Positions 12,601-27,600 of a stretch of 64,000 bases of DNA are shown here, one piece after another. The notes below the pieces were generated by a model. The model was not told where the DNA came from. It did no database searches and saw only the letters and a list, made by a program, of their open reading frames with translations. The stretch lies in the NCBI GenBank assembly GCA_051294905.1, contig CM119386.1, forward strand, positions 12,772,001-12,836,000, read 5' to 3'. Position 1 is the stretch's first letter; every line of letters starts with the position of its first letter. This DNA comes from Botryllus schlosseri (Eukaryota). The translations under genes and the position numbers were made by a program.

Positions 12601-15600
12601 TTCTTCTTGTCTTTCTTCCTAATCAGTAATTTAAATTCATATTTCCCAGTGTTTGCGAATGCAGTAACTCTTATTCTTATCGAATCTTGGAAAAGTTGAC
12701 AATATTCTAGTCAGGCACAGTGGAGGGATTAATGTGTCAATTTTCCATCTATAGAAGAGGGTGCAAAACTAATTTTCGCAACATAGTTTTGTATGCTTTG
12801 AGGTGTGGATAAGTGAAATAAAACGGCATAGTTGTAATATGAATGAGCGAATCCGGTTTAAAGCAGAAAATCCCGGCTCATCAATGTTATGCAACCACCG
12901 ACAGATCCTCAGAACAACGATTTTCACGTAGAACGCAAAATTATCTCCGCCACATCGGATTATGACGTTCGCCTAACAAAGGCGAGTTATCTACGAGCTT
13001 TCATTCCCAATGAGTTATTAAGACACCGGGAAATCCGCACGCAACATAACACAGTTCAATCGTTCGCTAATCACGAGCAGAAGCGGGTTTACAGTGAGCG
13101 ACTTCCAGTTAAATCCTAGCCGACGATTAAGGCGTCTCCGTGCGACAACCGATGTACCTCGCATTAAGCCGTCTTCCGATACCAACAGCATATCGACGAA
13201 GAATAGTATATTCAACCAGGGGTTAATAATTTAGCGCAGTCGATTCCAATTGAATGCATATGCGCGTAGCTGGCATAAATATCATCAGAGTGCTGGTCCG
13301 TGAATGAGTAATAATGCCCGGATTTTATTGCTAACCCAAACACAACTGCAGCCAAAAGTCAATTTTAAGCTATCTGATTATAATCGCGCTGCACACGGCA
13401 AATAGACTTTGGTCGCCGCCGACAAGGCATTATTGGAATCAACAAAATCACCGCGGCAGCCCCGAAGTGCCGTTCATTGCAAAGAAAAAAGATGGCGTAT
13501 CAAACATAATAACCGTAGCATGTGAACTATACCGTCCACGGTAGGGAAATAAGACACCGTGTCAACATACGATCTGGTTTACATAGTGAGGACAACCACT
13601 GTTTCTGCGCTTTATCGAAACGCGCTTAATAAGTAACCAGACTCTTTGCTTTTGTCGCCGCCATCTCTAATCAAGGCTGAGAACCCCGACAAAGAGTGCA
13701 GGGCGGTATGTGGCCTCACAAAGCGCGCCAACGGGGAAGATAAAATTTCTTTTGACACGGTCTGGGGTTCGCTATAGGTCCGCTTTGCGAGGGTTTAAAT
13801 CGCTTTGTGGCATAGCTATTTTGAATAGCCAACAGCGTCAATCGACTTGCCAGACAATGACGGAAGTGTTGGCGTGCACAGGCACACACTCTGTGAATCG
13901 AAATTTATCCAGCAAAAAGACTAATCACATTTAATTACCGCGGCGCCAATCACACCGTTTTAATCTGTTTACTATTATGGCTTGAGATTAAGTTAACACA
14001 AAATGAGATTCTGCGATCCGTCAGTTGCTGCGACTAGGTCAATCATATTGTAATTTGTCTTACTAATGACGTGATCACATTTTTACTGCGCTAAAGTGTC
14101 CATCAAGGAAGCAGGCCAGCGAAATGTCCTCAGTCGGTGTACTTATCAACGCCATTACGTCGAGATTGTTGGTGATATGAATCATTTAGTATTCAATGCG
14201 TATACATATCAGATTGCGTACGGTAAATTTCGCAATTCTCGACGAGATGACGCATCGGCCCAAGAAATAAGATAAATGTCGGACAGTGAATAAACCATTC
14301 TCCCCGAAAACACACGACGTATCGTGGCGACGCGTAGGCGAACTTTTTCGGGGACGCATCGTTTCGAAATCTCGTAGTAGCGCCAATACGCGTATTTTAA
14401 TAATGGAGTGTGTGTGATCGCTATGAACACCCAGAAGTTTGATGAGGCGCGGATACGTAATAGGCCCTGCACAAAACGCTGAATCGGTAGATCCGACAAC
14501 GCTTGCACAAATGCACATTGCACATGCACACCGCCGCACAAAAAAACCGCGCTCAAATATCCAACAATCCGCAACAACGCACAACATAACTATACATCAC
14601 TCCCATAGCAATGTACCGTACACGAATACGCGCAGCTTACATCGCAGCGCCCGACAGACGCAAGATATAAGATATAAGGCCGCACGCAGCACATCACCGA
14701 AACGTAATCCAAGACGACGGTATTCCAGATATAAGCGCCATGACAAGCAAGGCAGTGTCGCGTCCGCGCAAATCCGCCATTTCAGCACGTACCTCAATAC
14801 CCGATGGAACGGGCCACGACCGCAAAAGCAAAATATTGGCCTTGGATTTACGACGTGATTTACAGGAACCGCGCTACATCGCCACATGCAAGCCCAGGCA
14901 AGTCGCCATTGTCAAAACAGGCACAAGGCACGGACTTGGACTAATTGGAGCGAAATGCCGGTATTTCCAATCTAATTCGTGAAATATGTTATGCTCCAAT
15001 TTCAATTCTAGTCGAATTTCCTGTTTTACTGAAAAAGCTCTACGACAACTTCAAATTCGGAATACAATTCAATTTCAAAGTTTTTTTTGCGAAGTCAGTA
15101 ATTCCGACCTAGTCTGGAAAGTATGTGAATTTCCTGTCGTTCACCTTTGTCCGGGGCAACGAATGATTCACAAAATTACATCCTTAGCGTGTAGCCTATT
15201 TCTCGCCATGAAATCATCCGATCTTTCCAACATAGTAGCTGCCTGCTCAGCCGGTTATTCCTACTGCGGACACTGGCTTTGGATTTGAAAGAAAACTCCC
15301 TACCTTGAGGGACATCTTCCTCATCCGGGAGTGCACTTTCAGGTACTGCTCAATGAATTCCGCGCTGGCTCCGGCCTCCTTGAAGTTTTCGGGTGAGTAT
15401 TCGAACTTGTCGGACTTGTACTTGTCGCCGTCGCTCGCAAAAGCGAAATAGGACCTGCGCGGGAAGGCGTGTTAGCGCCCTGTGCGCAGACTCGGACAAC
15501 TACAGAATCCTAGTCGCATAATTACACTAATTAGTGCGAAATCCCGGCGATCTAATTCTGATCTAGCATGCGAAATGTTTCTACTCGCTAACTTTAATCT

Positions 15601-18600
15601 AAATTCCGATTCTCCTGGAAATTCTACGGGACAACCGTAGACCGTGGTGCATATAACTACAACTACAACTGACAAATGTATGTTGTCCACAAACGACAAA
15701 GTTAATCACTTGGACAGCTAGAATAATTAGAGTCAAACGCCACATTCGCCATTCCCATGCTTATGACCATGAATTCTGATTTGATACCAACTGAACTTGA
15801 ACTTTCGTTGTACAATATTTCGAACCAGGAATTTCCAAGTCTGTATGAATTCAATTCAGTAGCGCTAATTCTAATCCATTTAGAGAAAACTGCGTACCTA
15901 TAATTCTAATTCGAAACTAATTCAAACAAGCCGGATATTTTTCTATATTGCTCAACGCGCAGAATACAATGTAGAGCGCGCGCTCACCTCAAGACCAGCA
16001 TCTCCAAACACCCGCCGCGGAGCAAATTGATTTGATCGACCGTCTCCAGGTCCTTGAACTCGGGTATGCATTTACAAAACTCTATCACCTGCGAAAAAAA
16101 CAAGATTCATCAGAGCGTATTGGATCAGGTCTTAACGGGAACAAGGTTACCAACTGCTAAAAGGGTCCGGCTGCTTTATATATGTTTCTATTCAAAATAC
16201 CCCAACATAAAAAGAACGAGTTTAGCAGGCTACTAGAGAAGGCTCGTGGGCATCTGGGGGAAATTCATATTTGTTCTCTACATAAGGTGGTTGAGTTGCA
16301 GCCTCCCGAGCGTCACGCGAATGAGCTCAGGGGTATACCTCTTTTATTTTGTAAGAACCAAGACCACTACGATAGCCTACGTCCATAGAAACAGTTGCAA
16401 CTCGTCTTAAAGGCGCTCAAAACAAGTTCTCATTGTTTGCGTAGCAAAAGTGCCAAAATGGTGCTAATATTTAAATTTACGGCATCAGAAAGCTTGAAAA
16501 AGTGTCAACATTCGGAAATTCGGCACTCGATTGTGTGAAATGGCAACACTGGCCGGCACTCAACAAATACAATAACAGCGGACCCGTGAAAGACACGCCC
16601 GCTCGTAACAAAATACGTAGATGGATCGTGGATCGCGTATCCTAAGAAGTTGATATTTTAATCAGCATAAATTATGTGGTTCGCGGAGGATAAATGGTGA
16701 AGAAACAGCTAAAATTAGTTGTCACTGTCCATAAAACACATTCCAGCAAGGGAACGCACAAATCGCGTGTCGCGCGCACAAGTGAAGTAACTTATCACAG
16801 GTAGAACTTAAGATAGGTAAAATTCCAGATAACAACACGAAGCCGGATAATATTCTACTTGCCACCGCACGCCACCAGACAGCAAAAGGCTAACAAGCGA
16901 GGCCTAAAATATGCACTGCGTACCGACCTTTTTAATACCCCAAGTCATAATGTCGCAGAAGTGTTGAAAAAGCGAGTGTCGCCTGTTGGTGGAGCTGTCT
17001 GCGTTCGGATTGTTGAAAGCACCTTGAAACTTCTGCACCGACTCTGCAAGGCATACCGGGGGACGAGTTAGCTGGCGTATCGAGTATTGAATTTCTATGT
17101 GCGAATTACCCAACAGATCCATGTTGCTGTACATCCCGGGGAGCTCATGCGCACTCTCGTATATGTTACCCTGCGCAGAGAATCCGTCCATAAATAGAAA
17201 CATAACGAAAACATGTTCAGTACATCAGAGTGTTCTTAGCATCATATACATTGTTATACCGAATCAGACCGTTTCTCGAAAGCAGACTAACCAGACCAGG
17301 TGCGGGCAAACTACGGCCAGCAACGCCGTTTTGCGCGGCCCCCAAAACCCTCGCGAAAAATATTGATGAAATGCGCGATAAAAATCTAATTATTGCGGCG
17401 ACGCATTTTAAAAGGTTCAACTTGCTAAACATCACAGAAAGTCGAAACAAAAATGACACAATTCGGTTCACGAGCGGGATTTTGAAGTTGAAAACACGGC
17501 AAGCTCATTACTTTTAGTGCCGTGCTTGCAAAAACGAATTCGCGCGCGTGTCAGGTAGATTCGTCTACGATACGTGTAAGTATTTTATATTTATTTTATG
17601 ATGAATTATAATCAATTTTAGAAACGTATTTAAAGGTAACATGGTTATGATGCTGTCAGCATAGTGTGTCCTCTGAAGGTTTAAACAAACGTAGAATCAG
17701 CACATCTATGAACAGATCGTTGCCCACAGATTCAAATTTCCATCCTGTTGCAACAATCGGCACAAGCGACTCTCATCGCAAATTTTGACACGTTGGTTAT
17801 TGAGAACGACCAGATATAAGATCTTGTCAATATTTCTGACGCATATATTTAGTTTGTTTTAAATATTTTACAGTTATATTATCTCCATATTTCCTCAAAA
17901 ATACGTTTCAAACTTGCCAATCAATTAAAACTTGATCTTTTATTGCACTAATTAATGGACGAGCGGTCAACTTCTTGCATTGTGGAATTGCAGCATAAAA
18001 TTATAATATATGTAGCGGTCAGGCGCGAAACTGGCCACGGAAAGGCGGCTGAGAACCGCTGTTAAGGATCACGTCCAATTTTTACTACAATTACACTGCA
18101 GCGTCGCGCACAAAAAGCGCGGCAGACAATTCGAATTAAGACAAAGGCCCGCGAAACTGACACGAGCACATATGCGATTGAAATCGAGCCGTTTTGAAGT
18201 GGGCAAATTCAATATTTTACCAGCAGCGCGCGATAAAATAACGATCACGTTTACGACTGCGAATAGTAAAACATCTCTACCGCGACATCATAACAAATCG
18301 GGTAATCTCGCGATAAAGTCAACACGCGTCGAATAACATATACAGCAGCGGGTCGATAGCGTTTACTTACGTTAGCGTCCGGCCCCATGCCTGGAAAGAC
18401 GGCCTGGAAGTTATCGAAGCCGCCGGCGGCGCCGTTCGGAGTCATGTACGGCGACGAGGACGATGAACTGCCCGAGCCGCTGTCGACGAAATTGCACAAA
18501 TCTTTCACCGAAGCAAGCGGTAATTTCAAAATCATTTTCAACAAGAATTTCATATTCAAGTGTATACTGAAGTTACTGAAGAAGCGGAATTGGTCGATGA

Positions 18601-21600
18601 TTCGCATACTCTCAGAACTCGAAAACGCAAGACACAATATTCCCCATCAACGTGAAATGCCACACGATACTGCGAGTTGGCGCAAATTCGAACCGGGCCT
18701 ACGATATGTTATCGTAGGCCCCGTTCGTACATATATTCAGCTATTGAGATAACGTGGGCTATTTTGCTCGGTTATAATGCCAATTTAACTCGTAAAACTG
18801 ACGCAGACATATCCCAACACCAAGTTCTACTTTACAAAGTACAAAGGAAAAAAAAGTACATAGTTTTGCGTAAAAAAATGTAAGCAGAAACGGGAGGCCT
18901 CGGGTAACCAGTGCAAGTAGACTTTATACCTATCGGAGTATTAAAAAACTCAAGCTGCCAGAAGCCTTCTCAACAGGTGACGGCCCGCAACACGCGAAAA
19001 CCAGACCACTTACTCCGAGTTGATCCTGGGAAGTGAAGAGGCGACCGCTTGGTGAAGAAAGTTGTCGAGAAATGGCTTTTGCGTGCCGTGCAGGCTGCTG
19101 AACATGTCCCCGAAATCGCCCAGATTCCCGGCACACTGACAAGTGAAGGCAGAATATCGGAAACAAGCCCGCTCGAGCGGGATCGAGTTAAATACACGCA
19201 CAGGTGGTCGCAGTGGTAAGCTGCTCACGAACTCGTTACCGATCACTAGGGCGATTTTTTTTTACATTACAAAAAATAGGACAAGATGTTGTTAAAATTG
19301 TAGCGTTAGGTTAAAAAATTGTCGAGATTGTTTAGTAAGACAGAATTTCCTTGCAACCTGCATTTCGTTTGTACCGTAGATGTTTGCACTTTCGGTGAAC
19401 TTATCATTTGATATTTTACAGCTTGCAGCCTGCTTTATAGGCCTACCGTTGTAGACGGCCCGAACTTGAGCAAAGTCAGCTAATCCTATCGAGAAAAGAA
19501 ATAAGGACAACGCCCGCAACCGGTTGCAGCAAGTCCCACATTCGCCGGGCGCCGATGACTGCGCCGCGTTGTTGACAAACAACACCAAATCGGCACCAAA
19601 GATCAATCGCAAATTACTGTCTAATAAGCATTAATCACGAATCCAAAGTGGGCGTGCTACACGGGACCAGATTGAGTTCGTTTGGTTTACAGAACACCGC
19701 GTAAATAGCACCGTTAATCAACCAGTTGCGTGTAGCCATCAAGCAAAATGACTCGAATGCATAGTAGAAAAGATATTCGCAATACGCGTAGGTCGAAAAA
19801 GCTAGGTGCGCGCTGCGAAGCAATCGTCTTCCGACACCCGTTGAATACGTGATCCATTAACGAAACAGCGGTGATACATCATCTTAGAATTTCCAACGTA
19901 TATACAAGCTTTGTACAATAGGTGAAGTGTAACGGAAACGCTGAGAACGATAAGTCAAGTTCCGCTTTACTCGAAATTGAGATAGCTCGCGTTATAAGCT
20001 TCGCGTCCGCACAGCGGATTCGCGAAATCCAAGGAGATTACCTATATACAGCACTCGCGAGACAATGTCACAAATGAGGATTAGCAAAATTCATTATTCG
20101 CACAATCGCAGTCTATTTACGGCGCCGGTAAATGGCAATCAGGAGGCGAGCCACGGTACGCTTGTGGGCTTTCTTGAAAATATGACGTTCGTGAGTACGG
20201 CGGTTAAGAAAAATACGGGAAAGCGCGTCAATCTACGTAAGGCTCGGCGAGATACTCACCAAATCTGAATAATTGAACGATTGAAATTGCGGTTGCTCTG
20301 TCGAAAACAAGAGACGGATGGATTTAGATTCGGCATGGTCAGAACCGAGCGTCTAAACCGGTGGTTGGAAAAGTACGGGTCTGTAATACTGTATACTATG
20401 ATTGGTTATCTGGACATTTCCTACTTCATAGGCGTCCGTAGAAACGTGACATGCTACCAATAAAAATAGTTCCATCGATGCGCGAGGCTTGACCCGTCTC
20501 GGATTTGAAAAAGTAACTCTCTACCTTGGCCGGAGTGCTCGCCGCTTGACGAGGTGGCGTACTCGGAATTGTCGGAACTTTCCTTTTTCTCTTTTCTCTG
20601 CGGCTGAGGCTTGGCTTCGTCCTGGTGTTCGGCGGCGTACCAGGCCAGCGTGCTGTTCTTGTTGACCACCTCTTGCGGGTCGGGCGGCGGGATGGCCTGC
20701 GGACGCGAAAAGTTCGGTTCGATAATATTCGATCGAAGCAACTCGAACACGAACTTCTCGAAAATGCAATTGAAGGCGAGCCATTTCGAGAATTGAACTG
20801 ATTCGACCTACAAAATCGCTAGCGATTTCCGGCGCCGCCACCGATCTATAAATAGAACTGTGGGGTAGAGCCAGATTGCCGTGTAATAAGAAGTGATCTG
20901 GAACGAGGTACTTTTACTAATTTTGAGAACAGCTACAACTAATGCTTTGGTCATTTGCACAATCTATTCAAGAGGTTATGAATTCAGACTACTTTTACTC
21001 AAGTGTCGTCTTGTGAGGCAAAACTGGGCCTGGATCAGTTAACGCCGCCGACCGGTGAACGGTCAAATAATCAAAATTTACCCTAATATCAATCACGATG
21101 TATGCAACTGGAGAGTAATTATTAAAAACTTCATTTTATGCTGCATTTTGATAACAGACGAATCATACGTGGTTGGGTGGTTCTATTAGTGATTGATTAT
21201 GCAGAGCGGAGCGTTGTTTAAAACCAATAGCTTGAGTTTGATTATTTGGTTTGCTGTTTGCTAGCCTATAGTGCACAGTCAAATGCCGCTAAATTATACT
21301 GTCAAGATTTTATGTACTATGTTTAACCGTATCTTTACAGCATTCGCATTTAAGTGTTCCCATAAACGAGTTGTAATATATTTTTGGTCAGTTTACTACA
21401 GCGCATGCAGCATTGTGACATAACCTAAGTTCAATGCAGACAATAAACTCTATATTATGACACCACGCAGAAAAATATGTTTCAAACTTTGAAATCAATT
21501 AAAAATTTCCTGTTTCGTGTCACTAATTAAGGGAAAACCGTCCAACCTTCTTGCATCTCGGTATCGAGGTGTAAAATTCAAATATATTTGGCGGACCGGG

Positions 21601-24600
21601 GCCTACGATACTTAAGCATACTTAAGTATCGTAGGCCCCGGGCGGACAGACAGAAAACATGACACGGACCGTCCCTAACGTGGCAGGCGCCAAGAGTCAA
21701 CTACCAACTCTGTAAAATCGCTTCACAAAATCGCCCCCAACCCGAGAGAAAAAAGTTTCAAAGGACAATCGCAACGAATCTTTTACGAACTGCCTACGTC
21801 ACGCGACGCCATTCGATCGCGTCAGGCCATCATCAAAAATACAAAAGCTATCGGAGCGCTGCAGAGCGAATCATCGCCAAGGCCGCGGCCTCACCGCCAT
21901 AGTTGAGAAGAGCTCTAAAGAATGAAATGCCCGCCAGCAAACCTCCCGTCGGCCGCAGAGCAAAACAGTTTCGTTTCATTACGCGGTCACTAAAGAAGTT
22001 CAACAGTCAACATTCTACACGAGCTAACTATCGTCATCGATATGCACCCGCTCGCTCCCACGGATTGCTTTGCAAACTGCTTCTATTTTAAAATCATGCG
22101 TGCAAAAGCGCATGAAATTTATGTATGTACCAAAATGGTTCGATAGATTTGAGATGCATCCGCGCGAAACGGTTCCGGAAAGTAATCGGCCAAGTTCAGC
22201 CGAGTCTGCACATTTATGCATTATGAACAAGTCCTCGCGAGCTATAGGCATTATCACATCGCCCAGCGATGTGCTTGTAAGGACAACCTTCATAAACCTA
22301 CTTCAAGTAGGCCTAGTTCGCGATTTGTAAAGGAAATTACCATGTCCTATACGCGGACACAGCCCGTTAACACATTGTCACGCTACTGTTAATCAAAATT
22401 GCCCCCGACCGAACAAACATGCGAGCCATTCATAAAGAAAATCGCTTTGTTTTGCCAGCCATGTAATCATGGACTGTGTTATGCACCCGCGACCTCGATA
22501 CCCATACGAATTGGTATAATTTAAATTGGTACATTTCTTGAAAATCTTTTAGGCTGCAGTTCGAATACGGGGGCTTTGAGGTTAATGGCAGTTGCCGAAT
22601 TGTTGTTTACATACTTTAATTTGCGGCTACATCGTATTTAGAGCGCGTTGGCCCCTTAACATCAGCGATCAATTAACGGACACTCGAAAGATGATAATTT
22701 GGACATTGCATCAGCCAAATTATTTGGCAGCTCAAAATTGGAAAAATATTCGAACCGATCATGCACCGTGTCCGGTTGCGCCAAGCTGTAAAGCCCCATC
22801 CCACGGTCGCAACTCGAATTTCGGACGCACATTACTAACAGCGAACCAAGCGCACGGTTTCGTAGGATCACAGCGGCGACGGAACAATGCACCGCAGCAC
22901 CTAGTCCAGAGGGCACGCTAAACGGAAACTGCGCCGGAAACACACCCTCAGATTCGAGACGTTGAATCAAACTAAGAAGTTTAGAAAAAGAACTAATTAG
23001 CGGTAAGAATGCGGCTGTGCCATCTCGCGGTTTAACAACAAATAGAGCGTACGATATAATTCCAAAAGCCTGCAGTTATTAAATATTACGACCGGGTATT
23101 AGCATAAGCAAAACAACGCCCTTCATAGTTTACATCCCAATTAAACAATCACAGTTTAGACAGTTTAGTATCGTAGGCCCCGGTATAACTGTTGCTCCCA
23201 TTAAAACAGGGAATTGGACTTTGTATCAGCACAATCTCAACGTTGTATCGCGCAATCTCCCTGGAAAACAGCGCTTCGATAATGCAAAGCGAATACCGAC
23301 GTGTTATATCTAACGAATGCGTCTGCGGTACCACCGCATCTTGCAGAAACATATTCCACAACATCTTTTCGCAGACGATGCAAATCAACGCACCGTGCTT
23401 ACTCTCCGTGAGCCTAAATTCCGTGGCAGACTGGCGCGCGACCCATACGCGAAATCAACTCTCACAACTCCCTACTTTGCTCCATATCGCGCATGATTTC
23501 AGACGTTACATCCCGATGCCAAATAGATATAGACGTTATAGACGGCCGCAAAGTTATCGCGGTAAACGCGACCAATAACTAGGGCTGGGGAAAATCGAGT
23601 ACCTGAGTGATTCGATTCTGAATCACGTAATATGCTTCCAGTCGAGTCGAGTAATCGAGTATCACTGATTATGACGTCATAACAGAATGTTATATGTAAA
23701 AGTTTAAATATGTACCTCTTATGCGACCACGAAGAATATAATGCTTGTTATCCATCACATTAAAGATACTTTGGTATTTTTTCGATCCTATACCGACTTC
23801 ATTGCACTTGGTGATAATGTTGTGGGATCATGACTTCGGAAATGTGCTTTATCCAGTAACGTTCGTAGCTTGGTACTACATGTTTCGTATGCTAGGATAC
23901 GGCCAATGAAGGTTTCAAGGCTTTCGACAGTGAAAAAATGTATCGAACTATAATTCTCGTTGATAAATAACTTTCAGTGGCGAAGAGCTTATAATTTCAG
24001 TACTCGAAAAAATCATCTTTTACTACTCGACTCGAATCATTAAAATTAATACTCGTTTCAGATTCGAGTACTCGAATCATTGTGCCCAGCCCTACCAATA
24101 ACCATATGACATTGAGAATGCACTCCTACGAAAAAACACATCTCAACGCGAGAAGCTCGGAAATTGGGCCCCGCATAGTTGACATCGACAACGGCCACAC
24201 TCGTACATTGTACAAGACACCGTAAGATACAGAAACGAAAGCGACCACTGCACAGTTACGGTACAGTGTACGTCTGGACATTATCGAACCAATCGGCCGG
24301 GATCGCAGCCGCAACGGACCTGTATCTTGCGATATCTGTTTCATAACAAAAATGCGACCAAAGAAAGGAGGGCGCTCAATTCTAGTAGGTTGCAAATCAC
24401 GATATCTTGGTAACCGACGCGACTTTATATTCGAACCTGTTTTGATGCCACGCGATTCAAACTTGACATTTCGAATCAAATCAGTTTCAATCACATTTTG
24501 GAGACTTCGTATTTTCTCATCCTGCAAAGCGATTTTGATCGATAGCATAGTAAGCAGACTCGCAAAGGTTCATTGAATGCCGAAGAGCTATCTCGTGCAA

Positions 24601-27600
24601 ACAAATACTATACAAATATGCGTAATTGCGTATGCGTATCCTACATGCGCTATTCCAGGACATGGTTATTTTGTTTTATCACATCCTTGAAAAATATTCA
24701 AAATAGTGATTTCATTCGATTGAGGAGCAAGTGATCGATTCCACTGAGATTATGCTTGTATCTTACGCACACGATCGCTAGAGCTTCGTTGAGCCTAGAG
24801 CCAGGTGGGGTTCGCTGGGGGTTAAGACATACACCACAGACCCAACCCATAAAGCAAAAGTTTAGCAGATTTGCAGTAAATACTCATATTTTTGTCATGC
24901 GTGAAAATCATGTTTTAATGGTCTTGTTATCTCAACACAGTTATTGATGCACAATTCAGTTCGGATGACAATGAGGTAGGATTTTGTTTTTTTTGACTAC
25001 ACGAACATTTGGGGTTCGCAATAAGGCTTCCAGATTAGTGTAATGGTCCGCCATGTTGATGAAGTTTCAGAACCACTGCTGCAGCATCATATCTAGACTT
25101 TGCCCGGTCATCATACAACGTACTTTATTCCAATCGACTCAATACGCCACCAGACATGCCTACACGTTAATGATTACATTGAATACACAATGCGCGTGGG
25201 CGAGAAATATAGGGCGTGTCCTGCACATTTCCCTGTGAGCAGAGGTAATAATTTCCCGGAACTTCACATCAACCGCGAACTAGCATGACCCCGTAACGCG
25301 GCCGGATCACGCCACAATCAACGCGACAGTTTGACTGATGCACGGATAGGCGACAGAGTCAATAAGAACCGAAACATTCGCGGTGAGAACAATGTCCTTA
25401 GCCGGCGAAATGCGACACCGGCCGAACCCGGGCCACCTCGGTACGCGGCAATAGACGGTTATAAGTTTGAACGATTTCCTTTAATCGGAACTAGGCTATT
25501 CCACGGTTGTAGAATGAACCCAGCCCACCCTAGCAACGCCGCTTCGGCGATTGTTTTGCGTGGCGCTTTGAATCGGCGGATGTGGGCGCCTGGCCGGTGA
25601 TTTGTTGACGGCGGCACAATGCCACCGGGCGCGCCCGCGAACTCGCGTGCGCCCTGCGCCGTTTTGACTTAGTCACCGTGTTTTGAAAGGCGGTAAACGC
25701 GACCTGCAGGTCAAAATATTTCCGCGTAGGATTTTTCGTTACGGTAATCGACCGAAATGCGCCATATTTTGAAAGGAGATTGATACAACCAGCGGCCGGT
25801 TGCGGTTTTGAGACAGGACGGAGCGTGAACCGGAGTCGGATTGGATATTCGGCAGGATTTTTCCATTTTGGGCCGGAGCTGGATCAGTACTTTTTACTTG
25901 AAGAATATGACGGCCGTAGCCTCTTCCACCCTCGAATATGTAGTTGAAGTGAAACGTTCATGGAAATAAACCACACGCCAAGTCCAAGTTGGCAAAATAC
26001 TTCAGATAGGGGTTGGGTTTGAGTATTTAACTTCCTGTCTGCATTGTTTCGATCAATATTCAACACCGCCCTGTGAGTAGACAATTATTATCGTAGTTTT
26101 TCGCTCCGAATCACGGTCGTTTCTAGAATCCGGCCTAGGAGTGACCAGATAATTTGTCGACCCGCTCCGCACTCCTCTGAGTATGTCCGTGTGGGATTTT
26201 TCGTTACAGCTGCGGCGCCACAATTTGAAATAAAATAAATGAATATCGCGGGTCGCAATATTTCCGCGTAGGATTTTTCCTTCGTTGGGTTCTCCATCGG
26301 CATGCCGAAACCCGAAGCCGTCGAAATAGAACGTTTGTTAATGCCGAGAATTCCAACACTAACCGCGAAATCTACTCCTGCCGTGATCACGTGACCTCTA
26401 TCTATCACAACCACGCTCACGTTATGGGAAACAATAATTTTCGAATTATTAATATAATATTGTTGCATCGCTTGCATAATAATTATAGCTGTTTCGTTTG
26501 TATGTCGAATTTCCCAAGAGCCGTAGTTCACAATTCACGCTCACATTCAGAGAAACATTCATTTTCAAATTTATCGATACAATATTGATGCCTCGCTCTC
26601 ATAAGAATATTAGAAGTGCTACATTCGTGATGCCAAATTCATCGAATGCCGGGTTCACTAGCGACCTAATCCGAGAAGAGAGATGGTTTATTTCGGTGAC
26701 CCACACTCAACCGGGACAGCAGCAAAACCGTATCAACGGTTATACAGGCTTGATGGCCATAATTCAAGATACACAAAAACGAATGGAAAATCAAAAAAGG
26801 TTCTATTGGTCCACTTTATCACAACACAATACTCGGGTCTCTGTGAACGAATTGAACATAATCCCGCACGCACCGTTGGAGCTCGATGTGAACCGAACGA
26901 CCTACACCAAGGCTAATCAACTATTTTTAGAATCGCTCTATTCTGAAAATTCTCTTAGATCCGTTTTACATATAACCCGCGTGAAATAATTTGCAGTCAT
27001 ACAAATGCAATACGGTGTTACCAAAAGCAATAAGCGAAACGAATTTATTGTTATGCTGTTATTCACACACACACAGGCGACACAGCTAGTGGCAAAAAAT
27101 GTTTGACATTCTGCCTATTGCAAATCAACGATAACAATTGTTATGGTTTTATCAAATAACTAAGTCCATACTGAGACGGATAAGGCCCGTATTCATCACT
27201 AAAAAGGTCCGCCAGTTCAGTAACCCTGAAATACGCTATCACGCGACGCGGTGCGAGTCGGCAGAGTAACTTGCACAGCGCAGAATTTCAAAGACCCAAA
27301 TCAAGCGGGCGAATGAATACACAACACAGATACCTAGTGACGAACCAGCAAAATTGTTTGGTCTTTGGGCACAGCCATGTAGTGTTCCGTAGCCAGTTGA
27401 TCGATAGCTCACGCCTACCAGCTTATAATGCCAAAATCAAAACTGCGCCGCGACTATTAGCCTACGATACGGCCCATTATAAAATCCGTCCAATAGCGAG
27501 ATAACCACCAGCGATCGCTTCAACGGAACCCGACACTATCAAAATTAGATAACCTTTTCGACCGCGCTCAATTGAAAGCCGCGCGAAAACGACCACAAGT

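Noticed and set aside
14186-14982. Cluster of overlapping 80-139 aa ORFs on both strands
   Set aside because: No homology cues; consistent with stop-poor, CpG-rich intron.
20697-20808. Longer version of exon 6 from the TTTTGTAG acceptor
   Set aside because: It is in frame, but the codon style is intron-like and the downstream CCGCAG acceptor is stronger. It remains a possible minor alternative.
22024-22293. Possible BED zinc-finger remnant (…CISNLSNHF…)
   Set aside because: The Cys/His spacing is too degraded and I could not define element ends.
26498-26989. 163-aa plus-strand ORF
   Set aside because: No recognisable motif, no splice partners, intronic and antisense; treated as a chance ORF.
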